IMG/VR virus record: IMGVR_UViG_3300009034_000018
Coordinates: 1-64,000 of that record
Length of the DNA: 64,000 nucleotides
DNA from: a virus
Direction: 5' to 3' (one strand)
The position numbers and the translations under genes were made by a program. Positions 1 through 9,543 of the stretch are shown here, in pieces. Each line of letters starts with the position of its first letter. Positions within the stretch are counted from its first letter, which is position 1. Below the pieces are notes generated by a model that had not been told where the DNA came from, ran no database searches, and saw only the letters and a program-made list of their open reading frames with translations.

Positions 1-369
1 CTGTGCCGCTGTACCTTGTGGCCCCGTTGGGCCTGTAGGGCCTGTAGCTCCTGCTGCACCATCTGCCCCTGTTGGTCCTGTAGCTCCTGCTGCACCATCT
101 GCCCCTGTTGGTCCTGTAGCTCCTGCTGCTCCTGCAACTCCTGTTGTGCCTGTAGGCCCTGTAGGGCCTGTTACAGCCGTTCCAGCCGCCCCTGCTGGAC
201 CTGTAGGACCAGTTGCTCCTGTTGGTCCTGTTGCCCCTAATCCGACAGCAACATTTACCCACATTCCAGATGCCGCATCATATTCCAATACATCGCCGTC
301 AGCAACTCCGACCACATTTACATCTGACTGGTCTATTAATCTATCTATAACACGGTATGCTTGAACCAT
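1..369 (-). CDS. Collagen-like (G-X-T repeat) fibre/surface protein, 3'-truncated by window edge
   Basis: Manual translation from ATG at 369: [60 protein letters not shown]..., open to position 1. Not in the supplied ORF track. Confidence 0.85.
   Translation of the reverse strand, partial: MVQAYRVIDRLIDQSDVNVVGVADGDVLEYDAASGMWVNVAVGLGATGPTGATGPTGPAGAAGTAVTGPTGPTGTTGVAGAAGATGPTGADGAAGATGPTGADGAAGATGPTGPTGPQGTAAQ
41..129. repeat. 36-bp tandem repeat (about 2.5 copies) within the collagen-like gene
   Basis: cctgtagctcctgctgcaccatctgcccctgttggt at 41-76 and 77-112, partial copy from 113. Confidence 0.9.
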
Positions 370-409
370 ATATAGTGTTCCATATTAAAAAAGAAATATA
401 CTCAAGTTT

Positions 410-440
410 TAATATTCATTAACAAACGATAAAATCCTTT
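410..440 (-). promoter_or_regulatory. Putative phage late promoter AAAGG-N18-GAATATTA
   Basis: Same spaced motif recurs upstream of 8 genes (see findings). Confidence 0.55.
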
Positions 441-481
441 GTAACTGCTATAACCCAAGTATAATTTAAATAACAAAAAAA

Positions 482-1615
482 TCAACTATTTTTCATGTGC
501 TTTTCAAAAAATTCTATATTTTTTCTTATCCTCGCAAAATTAGAGTCTCCTTCATATTTTAAGGCTTTCCTCGCTGCTTCTGCAGCCTCTTTATATCTTT
601 TAAGATGCGATAGGGCCATCGATAATCTATCCCACGGTTCATATGTATATGAATTTTTTTGTAAGAAAAAAACACCATCGAACCACTTGCATTTTGTTGC
701 TATCGTAAACCACCAAACAGCCTGTTCAAAATCATGTGTTATATATGCATTTTTCCCTAACAATATATATCCTTCTGCTCTTTTCCAATTCTCTTTAAGA
801 TGCATGCCCATAATTTGTGATGAAATATCGAATTGTTTCTTCTGTTGGAAACAAATTGCCATTTCTAAAGCTGCTTGATATCTTTCTATATTCCATTTTG
901 ATATACTTAGATATTTTTCATACCATTTTATTGCATCATCCAATTTGTTATATGATCTATAAGTCCTCGCGAGATAAAACATTGAACGAGTATCATTTGG
1001 ATTTTCTTCTATTTGTGATATAAAATTCTTTTCAGCCATAGACAATCTTTGTTTAATTCTTTGTTGATGTGTTCTCAATGTAGTATTTTTTCTTGATGAT
1101 TGTATTTTAACCCAGCTATATCTTTTTCTTTTATTTTGGCTTGCAGTTACATAATTATGCATCGCTCCTTTATATTTAATATCCGGTCTATTCCTGAATA
1201 AGCGTTCTCCAAGAAATTGTTGAGTTACTTTACCATTATTAATAATAATTTCAACAGGACAATAGATCAAATCAATATTATTATCAACATCTTTAAGTTT
1301 TTCTTTGAAAAGTGGATCTAAGACAATAATTCTTTCATCTGCATCCATAGCTATTATCCATTTTGCAGTACAATGACTTAGAACTTCATTTCTTGCATTT
1401 GCAAAGTGCCAATTTTCTGGTAGCGTATCTTTATTAAAGAGTTTAGAATGATATAATTTAATGTCAGTGTTTTTGATTTTTTCTATAGTACCATCGATGG
1501 ATCCAGTATCAATTATTACCATTTCATCAGCAACTTGTTTTGCTGATTCGTACCATCCTTCTATATTATTCACTTCATTTTTCATAGGAGCATATATAGC
1601 TAACAAGTTTTCCAC
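482..1615 (-). CDS. Glycosyltransferase family 2 with C-terminal TPR repeats
   Basis: MKNE...IDTGSIDGT, FANARN, MDADE (DxD), RLFRN; TPR-like helices (FYLARTY, AIKWYEKY). Confidence 0.9.
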   Translation of the reverse strand: MENLLAIYAPMKNEVNNIEGWYESAKQVADEMVIIDTGSIDGTIEKIKNTDIKLYHSKLFNKDTLPENWHFANARNEVLSHCTAKWIIAMDADERIIVLDPLFKEKLKDVDNNIDLIYCPVEIIINNGKVTQQFLGERLFRNRPDIKYKGAMHNYVTASQNKRKRYSWVKIQSSRKNTTLRTHQQRIKQRLSMAEKNFISQIEENPNDTRSMFYLARTYRSYNKLDDAIKWYEKYLSISKWNIERYQAALEMAICFQQKKQFDISSQIMGMHLKENWKRAEGYILLGKNAYITHDFEQAVWWFTIATKCKWFDGVFFLQKNSYTYEPWDRLSMALSHLKRYKEAAEAARKALKYEGDSNFARIRKNIEFFEKHMKNS

Positions 1616-1633
1616 AATTTATTTCCTTTAATC

Positions 1634-2401
1634 TTAAACACAAAGTCGCAAAGTTTCTAACGATTCTTTCACCGATTTTCTTATATTTTTTGTTTTTTTA
1701 TTCTTTTCTATTAGTAGTGCTATTAAACCAGTAACAATCCCCAAAGAAGATATATTATAACTTGTTTTTATGAATGATTTTTCACCAAATGACGAAATCA
1801 ATCTTTCTTTTGGAAGAGATATAGATATATCTTTTTCGCAATCTAATATTCTAAAAGTCTTTTTTCTTACAAATGGTTTAATACTAATAATTTCTTTATA
1901 TTTTTTAGAATCCTTCATTTTCACTGTTAATACAAAAATATTATTTTTATATGCTTTCTTTATAATATCATAGATTGGTTGAGAACTCATATCTGGTACG
2001 AATGGTAAAACAATAATATCAGCATTTTTTATAATTGCCCATAATACAGATGCGATAATAGAAGAATTTTCTATATTATATCCACTAAATGATTTGAGGC
2101 ATAACAATTCAGATGACTGTGCTATTCCACAAATCCCTCTTGTGCCATTAGCTCCTATAAAGCCAGCCACTATTGTCGTACATCCTAATTCATCGTGTGG
2201 GGAGTTTGCATTTCCAACTATAACATCAAAATCTGATAGATTGTTAAAACCCTTATATACTGGTAATCCTGTCCCGACAATAGCTATTCTCACATTTTTA
2301 CCAGTATATTGTTTTTCTACATTAAATAAACCTGGTTGATATTTTATTTTATTTTTAATATATGTTGATATATCTTTTTTATTTATTTTGAATATCTTCA
2401 T
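1634..2401 (-). CDS. Subtilisin (S8)-like protein, catalytic residues degenerate
   Basis: YTGKNVRIAIVGTG, D-LG-CTT-IVAG, GICGIAQ, ADII, GIVTGLIALL match the S8 scaffold, but D/H/S motifs are altered. Confidence 0.7.
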   Translation of the reverse strand: MKIFKINKKDISTYIKNKIKYQPGLFNVEKQYTGKNVRIAIVGTGLPVYKGFNNLSDFDVIVGNANSPHDELGCTTIVAGFIGANGTRGICGIAQSSELLCLKSFSGYNIENSSIIASVLWAIIKNADIIVLPFVPDMSSQPIYDIIKKAYKNNIFVLTVKMKDSKKYKEIISIKPFVRKKTFRILDCEKDISISLPKERLISSFGEKSFIKTSYNISSLGIVTGLIALLIEKNKKTKNIRKSVKESLETLRLCV

Positions 2402-3152
2402 TTATGACACTCATTTGTTGTATAATTTCATAAGGAACTTTGAATGTTTTTCCACAACCAAATAATTCTAGTCTATAATTAAATGGAACAGTTTCCAGGA
2501 AGAAAATATTCTTTCTTAGAAACAATGAAAGATTAAATATTAAGAAATCATCAGTAATAATATTATGATATTTATATAGTTCATCAACTTTTCTAAATAT
2601 ATTTTGTCTAAAAGGTATATCAGCCAGTTTAGACAGGTCAAGATCTAATTTTTCTATAACATAATCTCTCAAATTAATATTAACAACATATATCCCAGTC
2701 ATTTGACTATCACAACGCGATTTTGTTTTATAGTAAAAATCATATCCTTCCCCTCTCCATATCAGATCTGCGAGTCCATAATATATTTGAAACAGATTTT
2801 TTCTTGTTTTCATTTTTCCATATAGAAAACGAAATAATTTATTTTTATTGTCTGTATAGTGAAAACCATATTTATCTTTTGCATTAGGAGAAAAATATTT
2901 TTCTTCTGTGAAATTAGGATGCAAGTTGATTATTTTATCAAATCTTTTGCTCTGAAATTCATATGGAACATTATTTATTGGATAGATCTTTCTAATATTT
3001 TTGTTATATTGAAATACTTTTTTACACACATTGTCTTTAACGATGCAGTATATATTCAAGTGCTTTTTATGTTGTTTCTTCAAGCCTTTAATGATACTAG
3101 TTGCCGCAAAACATTCGCACTGTGTTCCTAGATGTATTATTAATATTTCCAT
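2379..3152 (-). CDS. Glycosyltransferase family 9 (heptosyltransferase)-like protein, divergent
   Basis: N-terminal ILIIHLGTQCECFAATSIIKGLKK resembles GT9 ILIIxLGxxGDxxxxTP; FDKIINL. Confidence 0.5.
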   Translation of the reverse strand: MEILIIHLGTQCECFAATSIIKGLKKQHKKHLNIYCIVKDNVCKKVFQYNKNIRKIYPINNVPYEFQSKRFDKIINLHPNFTEEKYFSPNAKDKYGFHYTDNKNKLFRFLYGKMKTRKNLFQIYYGLADLIWRGEGYDFYYKTKSRCDSQMTGIYVVNINLRDYVIEKLDLDLSKLADIPFRQNIFRKVDELYKYHNIITDDFLIFNLSLFLRKNIFFLETVPFNYRLELFGCGKTFKVPYEIIQQMSVINEDIQNK

Positions 3153-3155
3153 ATT

Positions 3156-3836
3156 TTATATTAATTTAAACTCTTCTGGGACTGTTGTTTCATTATTTTC
3201 TCTTCCGCTCGAAGCTCCGTCTGATCTTACTGCTCGTTGTACGGATCTTGTAATATCCATATTAATAGGTTCTGTCGGATCTTCACCTTCTGGTAATAAT
3301 TTCATATATTTTCTATATTTTTTAGGATCGCCACGAATTTCCAAATCACCTCTTTCATATCTTTCTTTTAGATCATTTAATTCTGTTTCCCCAATAATTT
3401 GTAGTTTTCCGGACTTTAGTAAACCTCGTATAGTTTTAGATTGTTTAAAGATATTTTTTCCATAATCTCTAAGAATTTCATACATTGGTTTTGCGTCGAA
3501 TGGATTTTGGAATAACAAATCTTCCTTTTCTTTTATTGTTATATTATATAATTGTGGAATATTTAGAACTCCAGGGCAAGTAGATCTTAGATATATGATT
3601 TCATCAGAATTACTTAATTCTTCAGATCTTTGTTTTAATATTGCACTTATAGTTTCAACTATTTCTTGAGCGGTTGCCATAATGCCATTTGTAACATATA
3701 ATACTTTTTTGTTTTTTATTATTTCCTTGAGCAAATCTGCTTCTTCGAAAGCAAAAGATCTCATTCCACTTTCAGTGTATATTTCTATTTTTAATCTTTG
3801 CGTGTCTAATAAAACTATCATGATATAGTTCTCCAA
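3156..3836 (-). CDS. Hypothetical protein
   Basis: 226-aa ORF, tightly packed in the operon. Confidence 0.7.
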   Translation of the reverse strand: MENYIMIVLLDTQRLKIEIYTESGMRSFAFEEADLLKEIIKNKKVLYVTNGIMATAQEIVETISAILKQRSEELSNSDEIIYLRSTCPGVLNIPQLYNITIKEKEDLLFQNPFDAKPMYEILRDYGKNIFKQSKTIRGLLKSGKLQIIGETELNDLKERYERGDLEIRGDPKKYRKYMKLLPEGEDPTEPINMDITRSVQRAVRSDGASSGRENNETTVPEEFKLI

Positions 3837-5236
3837 ATGTCTTCTAAGCGTTTCTTTGCCAACTCAGATACTTTGCTTATATTATAATTATCGATAATAA
3901 ATTGTTTTAATTTTTTATTCTTGTTCCTCGCAAATTTATAATTCTTATAAACAAACTTCATAGCATAACTAGCATCCTCTATTACTTTATCACTTATTAA
4001 TGCTGGAAATTTTTGTCCATCCCAATAATGCACTTGCATTCTTCCTGTTTCCATTTCTATAGATTTATCTACATCTATTAATATAGAGTTTTCTTTGTTT
4101 AGAAACATCGCTTGTCCAGAGCAATCTGTTGCTATAACTGGTAAATTACATAGGCTTGCTTCACAATAGGGTAATCCGAAGCTCTCGCCTCGGCTATAGA
4201 GCACAAAGGCGTCACATGCCTTATATATACTAGGCATATCTACCTCTGGTATTATTTTACTGCAACGTGCTATATGGGCTGGATTGTCGCCGCCATAATC
4301 TCTTATATGTTCTGATATGCATTTCTTAATAACGCTATTATCCCCGTGTCCTAAATGATTTCGGCTGATGATTAATAATGACACATTATCGTCACCTGAA
4401 AACGCCTCAAGATACGCTTTTAGTAAGACATCATATCCTTTTCTATAACTCCACCCAAATACGCTGACAAAGACAAAATCTTTAAGAGCAGGTTTAAATT
4501 GGTAGGGTTTGCATTTTTTTGTATATAGGTCTACATCTATCGAATTTGGAATTACGCATATTGGTTTTCTAAACCCATGCCTCACTAATACTTTTTTGCA
4601 AAAATCAGAATTTGCCCATACTTCTCTATACATATTTGCTATATCTATAAACTGCTGTGGTATCGTTTCTGCTTCTATCGTCGTGTATAATATCATATAT
4701 TTGCCGCATACCATATTACTAAATGTTGGTATAACGCTTTCTACAATAATGGCGTTTTTGCTTACTTTACTACCAGCAGAATATAATTCTTTTATTTCTT
4801 CTTCTGACAATTGATTGTGTTTTTTGGTTACTGGATCTATTCCGACTTTAACTCCAAGTTTGTTTAATCCAATAGCTAAATTTCTGTTTACTTTTGCATA
4901 TCCACCATGAGCAAGAAAGTGCCCTCGTATTTTTACTTCCATTTGTTTGTTATTTGGTTCACTTTCTTCTTCTTTAGCCATATTTTCTTTTTTCTTATTA
5001 ATGATTTTTAACATCTCTTGACCCTTATTTTGCATTTTTATTAAATTTTTTTCAAAAAGCGAATCTCCACATTCTATGATTTTAAATCCTCCTCTTCTAA
5101 GCATTCTTCTGAATCCATCTGATTTTTTTGCATCATCCAAAGAAATATATTGCAAACGATTATCTTCAAAATAAGAAACATTTCTGCCAATATCTTCAAT
5201 AAATACTGTATTTTGTGTTGTATTTATAAACTTCAT
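3818..5236 (-). CDS. Glycosyltransferase family 4 (GT-B)
   Basis: GGYAKVNR, RKGYDVLL, SRGESFGLPYCEA (EX7E). Start moved to ATG 5236 because the track start lies inside a terminator hairpin. Confidence 0.9.
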   Translation of the reverse strand: MKFINTTQNTVFIEDIGRNVSYFEDNRLQYISLDDAKKSDGFRRMLRRGGFKIIECGDSLFEKNLIKMQNKGQEMLKIINKKKENMAKEEESEPNNKQMEVKIRGHFLAHGGYAKVNRNLAIGLNKLGVKVGIDPVTKKHNQLSEEEIKELYSAGSKVSKNAIIVESVIPTFSNMVCGKYMILYTTIEAETIPQQFIDIANMYREVWANSDFCKKVLVRHGFRKPICVIPNSIDVDLYTKKCKPYQFKPALKDFVFVSVFGWSYRKGYDVLLKAYLEAFSGDDNVSLLIISRNHLGHGDNSVIKKCISEHIRDYGGDNPAHIARCSKIIPEVDMPSIYKACDAFVLYSRGESFGLPYCEASLCNLPVIATDCSGQAMFLNKENSILIDVDKSIEMETGRMQVHYWDGQKFPALISDKVIEDASYAMKFVYKNYKFARNKNKKLKQFIIDNYNISKVSELAKKRLEDIWRTIS

Positions 5237-5266
5237 TTTTCTATATTTATAATTCGGATATAGCAC

Positions 5267-5300
5267 AAAAAAAATAAACCTCGGGTTCACCGAGGTTTAC
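5267..5300 (-). terminator. Rho-independent terminator
   Basis: Minus strand taaacctcgg-tgaac-ccgaggttta followed by T8. Confidence 0.85.
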
Positions 5301-5373
5301 ACATTCTTTTGTACTCTTGAGATGTGTCTATCAATAAATTTTATAGTATAATATGCCTATAAATTAACTTTTA

Positions 5374-6690
5374 TTACCAATTTTCCTCAAGCATTCTTCT
5401 TTCTGAATCTTGTTCTGCTCTCCATCCTGCTTCTCCTCTTAATAATTCATTCAACCTTCGAGCACATTTACTATTTGGATCTCTTGGAACCAAAATTATC
5501 TTGTTTCCATCACATGATCTGCAAGAAATATTATATCTTCCACCCATATAACCTTCCCTGAAATCTGGATCTTGTTCGAAATCTTCATATGTCAATCCAT
5601 GTCTATCTATATCTGGATTTACATATTCTCCTCTGCCTTGACAAGACGGACAAACTTCAAATTTTGCTGGACATTGTTCTCCAGTATGTCTAATTACAAG
5701 AACCATATTGTCTTTATCTTGTATCACGCCCGGAGGATAATACGAATAATCACGAATATCTGCTTTCTTTTCTATATTTTTATCTGATTTAGATGCTTTC
5801 CCCCAACCAGTTTTGGCTCTAATCGCGAAATTCAATTCCCTGAGAAGTTCAGTGTCTTTCGGATCAGCTTTTTTGCGTTTTTTTTGTCTTTTTCTCGCTG
5901 CATTTCTTTTCTTTTTTAATTCAGATAATGAATAACCATCCCATTTGCCTGGTTGCTCGATTTTCACATCTTTCTTCCATTTTGCAGTTTTTGTTAAATC
6001 AGAAACGGATTTAGCATTTAGACCAGCAAATGGTTTATAACGATTTCCATGTAAATTCCTTCTTACCATTTTTTCTGTACACACGGGGCATATTCTATTT
6101 CCGATACCAGATGAAAGAAATCTATGATTACATTTTAAGCATACCCGATATTCTTTTTCGTCATCGCTTTGAGATGTTTTTTCTAAACTAAAAATATTTT
6201 CTGATAATACACCGAAACCACTTTCGTCTGAGTCTTCTTCTCTAAATTGATAACCTTCGGATATTGTATCTTCATCACGACCAGATTGTAATGCTCTAAC
6301 ACAGGCACGAGCATCTCCATAATCTAAACCTTTTCTCCTCATAAGCCAATTTTCAAGTTGTATTTCTCCTTTGCTTTCTAATATGCGCCTAGCTACTTTA
6401 ATATCATCAGATGATAATCCATAATCTTCTAATAGATAGTCATATTCACCGCGATATTGAGATATTTTTTCTAAGTCAAAAATAGATATAGAACTTTTCT
6501 TATCTTTTTTCTTTTTTTTCTTCTTCTTGCCTTTATTAGCTTCTCTATTTTGTTCTTTTATATGTTGTATGCATCTTTCATATTTTGCTTCATTTTCTCT
6601 ACCGACTCTATCTGTGCAAACGGCCCAAGGATTATATGGAGTTGTTTCGCTCTTAGGATACTTGCTTTTTGATGTTTTTATGATTTTCAT
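5374..6690 (-). CDS. Multi-module hypothetical (putative virion polyprotein) with zinc-finger and DnaJ-like CxxCxGxG modules
   Basis: Modules separated by SIFDLEKISQ, NIFSLEKTSQ, SVSDLTKTAK, IEKKAD; CLKC..CPVC; CPSCQGRG..CRSCDG. Confidence 0.7.
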   Translation of the reverse strand: MKIIKTSKSKYPKSETTPYNPWAVCTDRVGRENEAKYERCIQHIKEQNREANKGKKKKKKKKDKKSSISIFDLEKISQYRGEYDYLLEDYGLSSDDIKVARRILESKGEIQLENWLMRRKGLDYGDARACVRALQSGRDEDTISEGYQFREEDSDESGFGVLSENIFSLEKTSQSDDEKEYRVCLKCNHRFLSSGIGNRICPVCTEKMVRRNLHGNRYKPFAGLNAKSVSDLTKTAKWKKDVKIEQPGKWDGYSLSELKKKRNAARKRQKKRKKADPKDTELLRELNFAIRAKTGWGKASKSDKNIEKKADIRDYSYYPPGVIQDKDNMVLVIRHTGEQCPAKFEVCPSCQGRGEYVNPDIDRHGLTYEDFEQDPDFREGYMGGRYNISCRSCDGNKIILVPRDPNSKCARRLNELLRGEAGWRAEQDSERRMLEENW

Positions 6691-6762
6691 AATACTCTCT
6701 CCACTAATTTTCTATATAATTATTACAACTATTCTATTAATAATCCTCTCCTTTTTAAAAAT

Positions 6763-7563
6763 TTAATTGTTTGGAACATCATAGTGCGGGATGTTGTTGG
6801 TTCCCACGAAACCGAGATTATTTTCTATATCATACATCTTTCCGCCTTCCAGGCCATAATATTCGGCGTGGCCATCAGCACATAATGCATTAGTCTTGTT
6901 TAAGTGACGAAAGTGTGTTGTTGGCATAACGGCTGGGGGGCCTGTAATCGGTTCCAGATGAGTGCTATTTTGAAACCAATCTTCTCCAAATGGATTCCAA
7001 GCCATTGCTGCATCAACAAATACGAATAAGGAGGCTGGCTGTGGCAAATAAATGGAACGTTTAGGTCTTAAATCCCATTTCCACATATATGAAGCTGGAT
7101 CAAGGCACCATGTATTATATGCAAGTGTAGTCGTATGCTGTTTGACATTTCCCTGTGGTTTATAAGTCCCCCACTTCATCGATGGGCACCAAAATTGCTC
7201 TAGGCTATAATCACAGTATTTTAGAAATGGGCTATGCCTTGTATCAACTGGATCAGTATTAGTTCCCCAAAAATATGTGATTACTCCTGGTTCGGGATAG
7301 TTAGGTTTAGCTCCTGGCCAAAATGATTCTTTATTGTTGGCGTGATACGAACCCATGGATCGACCAAGACCGTTAAGATGAGCCATACAATAAGCCCGCT
7401 TGGCCAATTCCTTAGCTATGTATAGACTTGGTGCAATGATCGCTGCCAATAAAGTGATAATGCATATTACAAGTATGAGTTCTGTGAGAGTGAAACCTGT
7501 TTTACGCCGTCTTTGATTCTGAATATTTTTTGTAATATATGCTTTATCCCAATTTGCAAACAT
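6763..7563 (-). CDS. Prepilin-type N-terminal cleavage/methylation protein with H-X9-DG motif (DUF1559-like, PVC-type)
   Basis: RRKTG^FTLTELILVICIITLLAAIIAPSL, AKRAYCMAHL, FWCPS, FRHLNKTNALCADGHA. Confidence 0.9.
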   Translation of the reverse strand: MFANWDKAYITKNIQNQRRRKTGFTLTELILVICIITLLAAIIAPSLYIAKELAKRAYCMAHLNGLGRSMGSYHANNKESFWPGAKPNYPEPGVITYFWGTNTDPVDTRHSPFLKYCDYSLEQFWCPSMKWGTYKPQGNVKQHTTTLAYNTWCLDPASYMWKWDLRPKRSIYLPQPASLFVFVDAAMAWNPFGEDWFQNSTHLEPITGPPAVMPTTHFRHLNKTNALCADGHAEYYGLEGGKMYDIENNLGFVGTNNIPHYDVPNN

Positions 7564-7579
7564 GATAGTTTTGGTTGTG

Positions 7580-8140
7580 TTATCTAATATATTTTTTTAA
7601 TAGTCCTTTTCTCTGCAAAAATCTAATTAAAGCCGAACCAGTAATCAATTCTATATATTCTTTTTCTGCTCCCCCTGTTGGATATTCCGTATAATAATCT
7701 CCTGGTTCTACAGAATGTAAACCTCTTTCTTCTGCTTGCATTTCCCATCCGACATCATATTCTTCAGGTCTTTGCTCCCAACCACTAGGAGGTTCTGTAG
7801 ATCCTGGACATCCTTTTATTTTGACTAACATTCCGTGATTACGTATATCATTTACAGAAACACCTTCACCCCACGATTTACCAAGCTTTTCTCTAATATG
7901 ATGTAACATAGCATTCACTGCGCTTCCTAAGTTTTCTTTATCAGTAGCAAAAGACAATTCTGCACACACTTCTTCTATATCTAATCCTGCTGCTGCATAT
8001 TCACTGCCATAGGCATCTTGAACAAACTGTCCCACAGAAGGAAATAGTCCTATTTCGCCAATAGATGGAGCATGATCAATAATAGTACCGTGATATAAAC
8101 TCCTGTCTGCTATTTTTCTAATTTTATTATACCAATTCAT
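7580..8140 (-). CDS. ADP-ribosyltransferase/Tpt1-like fold protein with MNWY leader
   Basis: LYHGT...IGEIGLFP...LSFATD motif order typical of H-x-x ART folds. Confidence 0.45.
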   Translation of the reverse strand: MNWYNKIRKIADRSLYHGTIIDHAPSIGEIGLFPSVGQFVQDAYGSEYAAAGLDIEEVCAELSFATDKENLGSAVNAMLHHIREKLGKSWGEGVSVNDIRNHGMLVKIKGCPGSTEPPSGWEQRPEEYDVGWEMQAEERGLHSVEPGDYYTEYPTGGAEKEYIELITGSALIRFLQRKGLLKKYIR

Positions 8141-8497
8141 TTATTCTTCCCAAGTATATTGTGGATATTCTTCCATTTTTCCAAAAACAATTTCTGGAAT
8201 ATCATCCCCCCATTGATCAGCAGTTATATCTAATATCTTTACACCGTCTGGTGTCCAAACATCTAACCATGCATGGCGGTTCCCATTAAAAAACCCAAAC
8301 TGCACAGCGCAAATAATACCCAGATCAGTTAAATTTTTTTGTAACTCATAAGAAGCATCTAAACATTTATCTTGGTTAGAACAATTCGGATATTTAGAAC
8401 GTATGCGTTTTGCTTCTTGTAAAGCAATCTGTTCTACTGGCTGACCGTGATATAAACTCTTGTCTGCTATCTTTTTAATTTTATTATACCAATTCAT
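8141..8497 (-). CDS. Papain/transglutaminase-like fold protein with MNWY leader
   Basis: C-H-D triad pattern: KCLDAS, RHAWL, ILDITADQW. Confidence 0.6.
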   Translation of the reverse strand: MNWYNKIKKIADKSLYHGQPVEQIALQEAKRIRSKYPNCSNQDKCLDASYELQKNLTDLGIICAVQFGFFNGNRHAWLDVWTPDGVKILDITADQWGDDIPEIVFGKMEEYPQYTWEE

Positions 8498-8500
8498 TAT

Positions 8501-9508
8501 TTAAAGCCATGTTTTATATGGTCTTCGTCTAACAATTTCATTAACACGTTCTTCTGGTGTCAATTTTCTCAATTCCATGGGAAGGACATATTCATCACAA
8601 ATCTGACACCAGTGCCAACCAGGACCAACTGCATCACACATCGAATGTTCATAACATAATTCCAATCCACATTCTGGACATTCAAAATAAGGTTTTTCCT
8701 CTTTAGATGCTAAATGGATATTTATTAAAGGAATTTGCATATCTTGTTGTAATACACTATCTAATCTTAATTCTGTATCTGTAGATGCTGGATTGCGTTT
8801 TTTCTTTTTCTTCTTCTTTTTTCTCTTTTTAGCATATTTATATAAATCGAAAATATTTCTTCGTGTATTTGCATACGAATGCATTTCAATAATATCGCCC
8901 GTTTCTATTGCTTGAAATGGAACATCGGTATAATATTTATTGGAACTATAAACATAAATATTAAAATTAGAGTTAATAACGACATCATCATATGCATCAT
9001 ATAACCCATTAGCGATATCTCTTAAATCATTTTCTTTCAAGAACCATGTTTCTATATTGTCTTCTTCTAATCTTTTCCAGCCCCAATGCTTCATGGCAAA
9101 TTCTCTTGCATCGCCCTGCCCTTTTGCTATTTCAAAATATTCTGGTTCTATTCCTAGTTCTTCTAAGTTGTCTCCAATTAATTCATATGCATAATAACTA
9201 GTATTCTTAGACATTTCCCAGATTTCATAAATCTGATCGTCTATGTCTTTTATGTCACCTGGCTCTTCTGTATCTAACTTTTTTTCTTCTAATTCTTGCT
9301 TTTTTTCTTCTAATATTTCTAAAACAGTTTTATTTTTCCATTCTTCCCAATCTTCTTCTCCATTTATAATTTGACTTTGAACAACTTCGATGACATATGC
9401 TTCATGATTATAATCTCCAATATCTCCATCTGCAAACATAGCAGTTCCATCATGAATCCAAAATTCCCCTCTCATTTCTGCATATTTACATAAATTAAAG
9501 ATATTCAT
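8501..9508 (-). CDS. Hypothetical putative virion protein, two modules, C-terminal zinc ribbon
   Basis: MNIFNLCKYAE and internal RNIFDLYKYAK; acidic core; CPEC..CQIC. Confidence 0.7.
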   Translation of the reverse strand: MNIFNLCKYAEMRGEFWIHDGTAMFADGDIGDYNHEAYVIEVVQSQIINGEEDWEEWKNKTVLEILEEKKQELEEKKLDTEEPGDIKDIDDQIYEIWEMSKNTSYYAYELIGDNLEELGIEPEYFEIAKGQGDAREFAMKHWGWKRLEEDNIETWFLKENDLRDIANGLYDAYDDVVINSNFNIYVYSSNKYYTDVPFQAIETGDIIEMHSYANTRRNIFDLYKYAKKRKKKKKKKKRNPASTDTELRLDSVLQQDMQIPLINIHLASKEEKPYFECPECGLELCYEHSMCDAVGPGWHWCQICDEYVLPMELRKLTPEERVNEIVRRRPYKTWL

Positions 9509-9543
9509 ATAAATATAATACTTGAAATGTTGGCAAAACCCCT

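Noticed and set aside
16-364. Plus-strand Cys-rich and Pro-rich ORFs (16..240, 146..364)
   Set aside because: Antisense shadows of the minus-strand collagen-like gene
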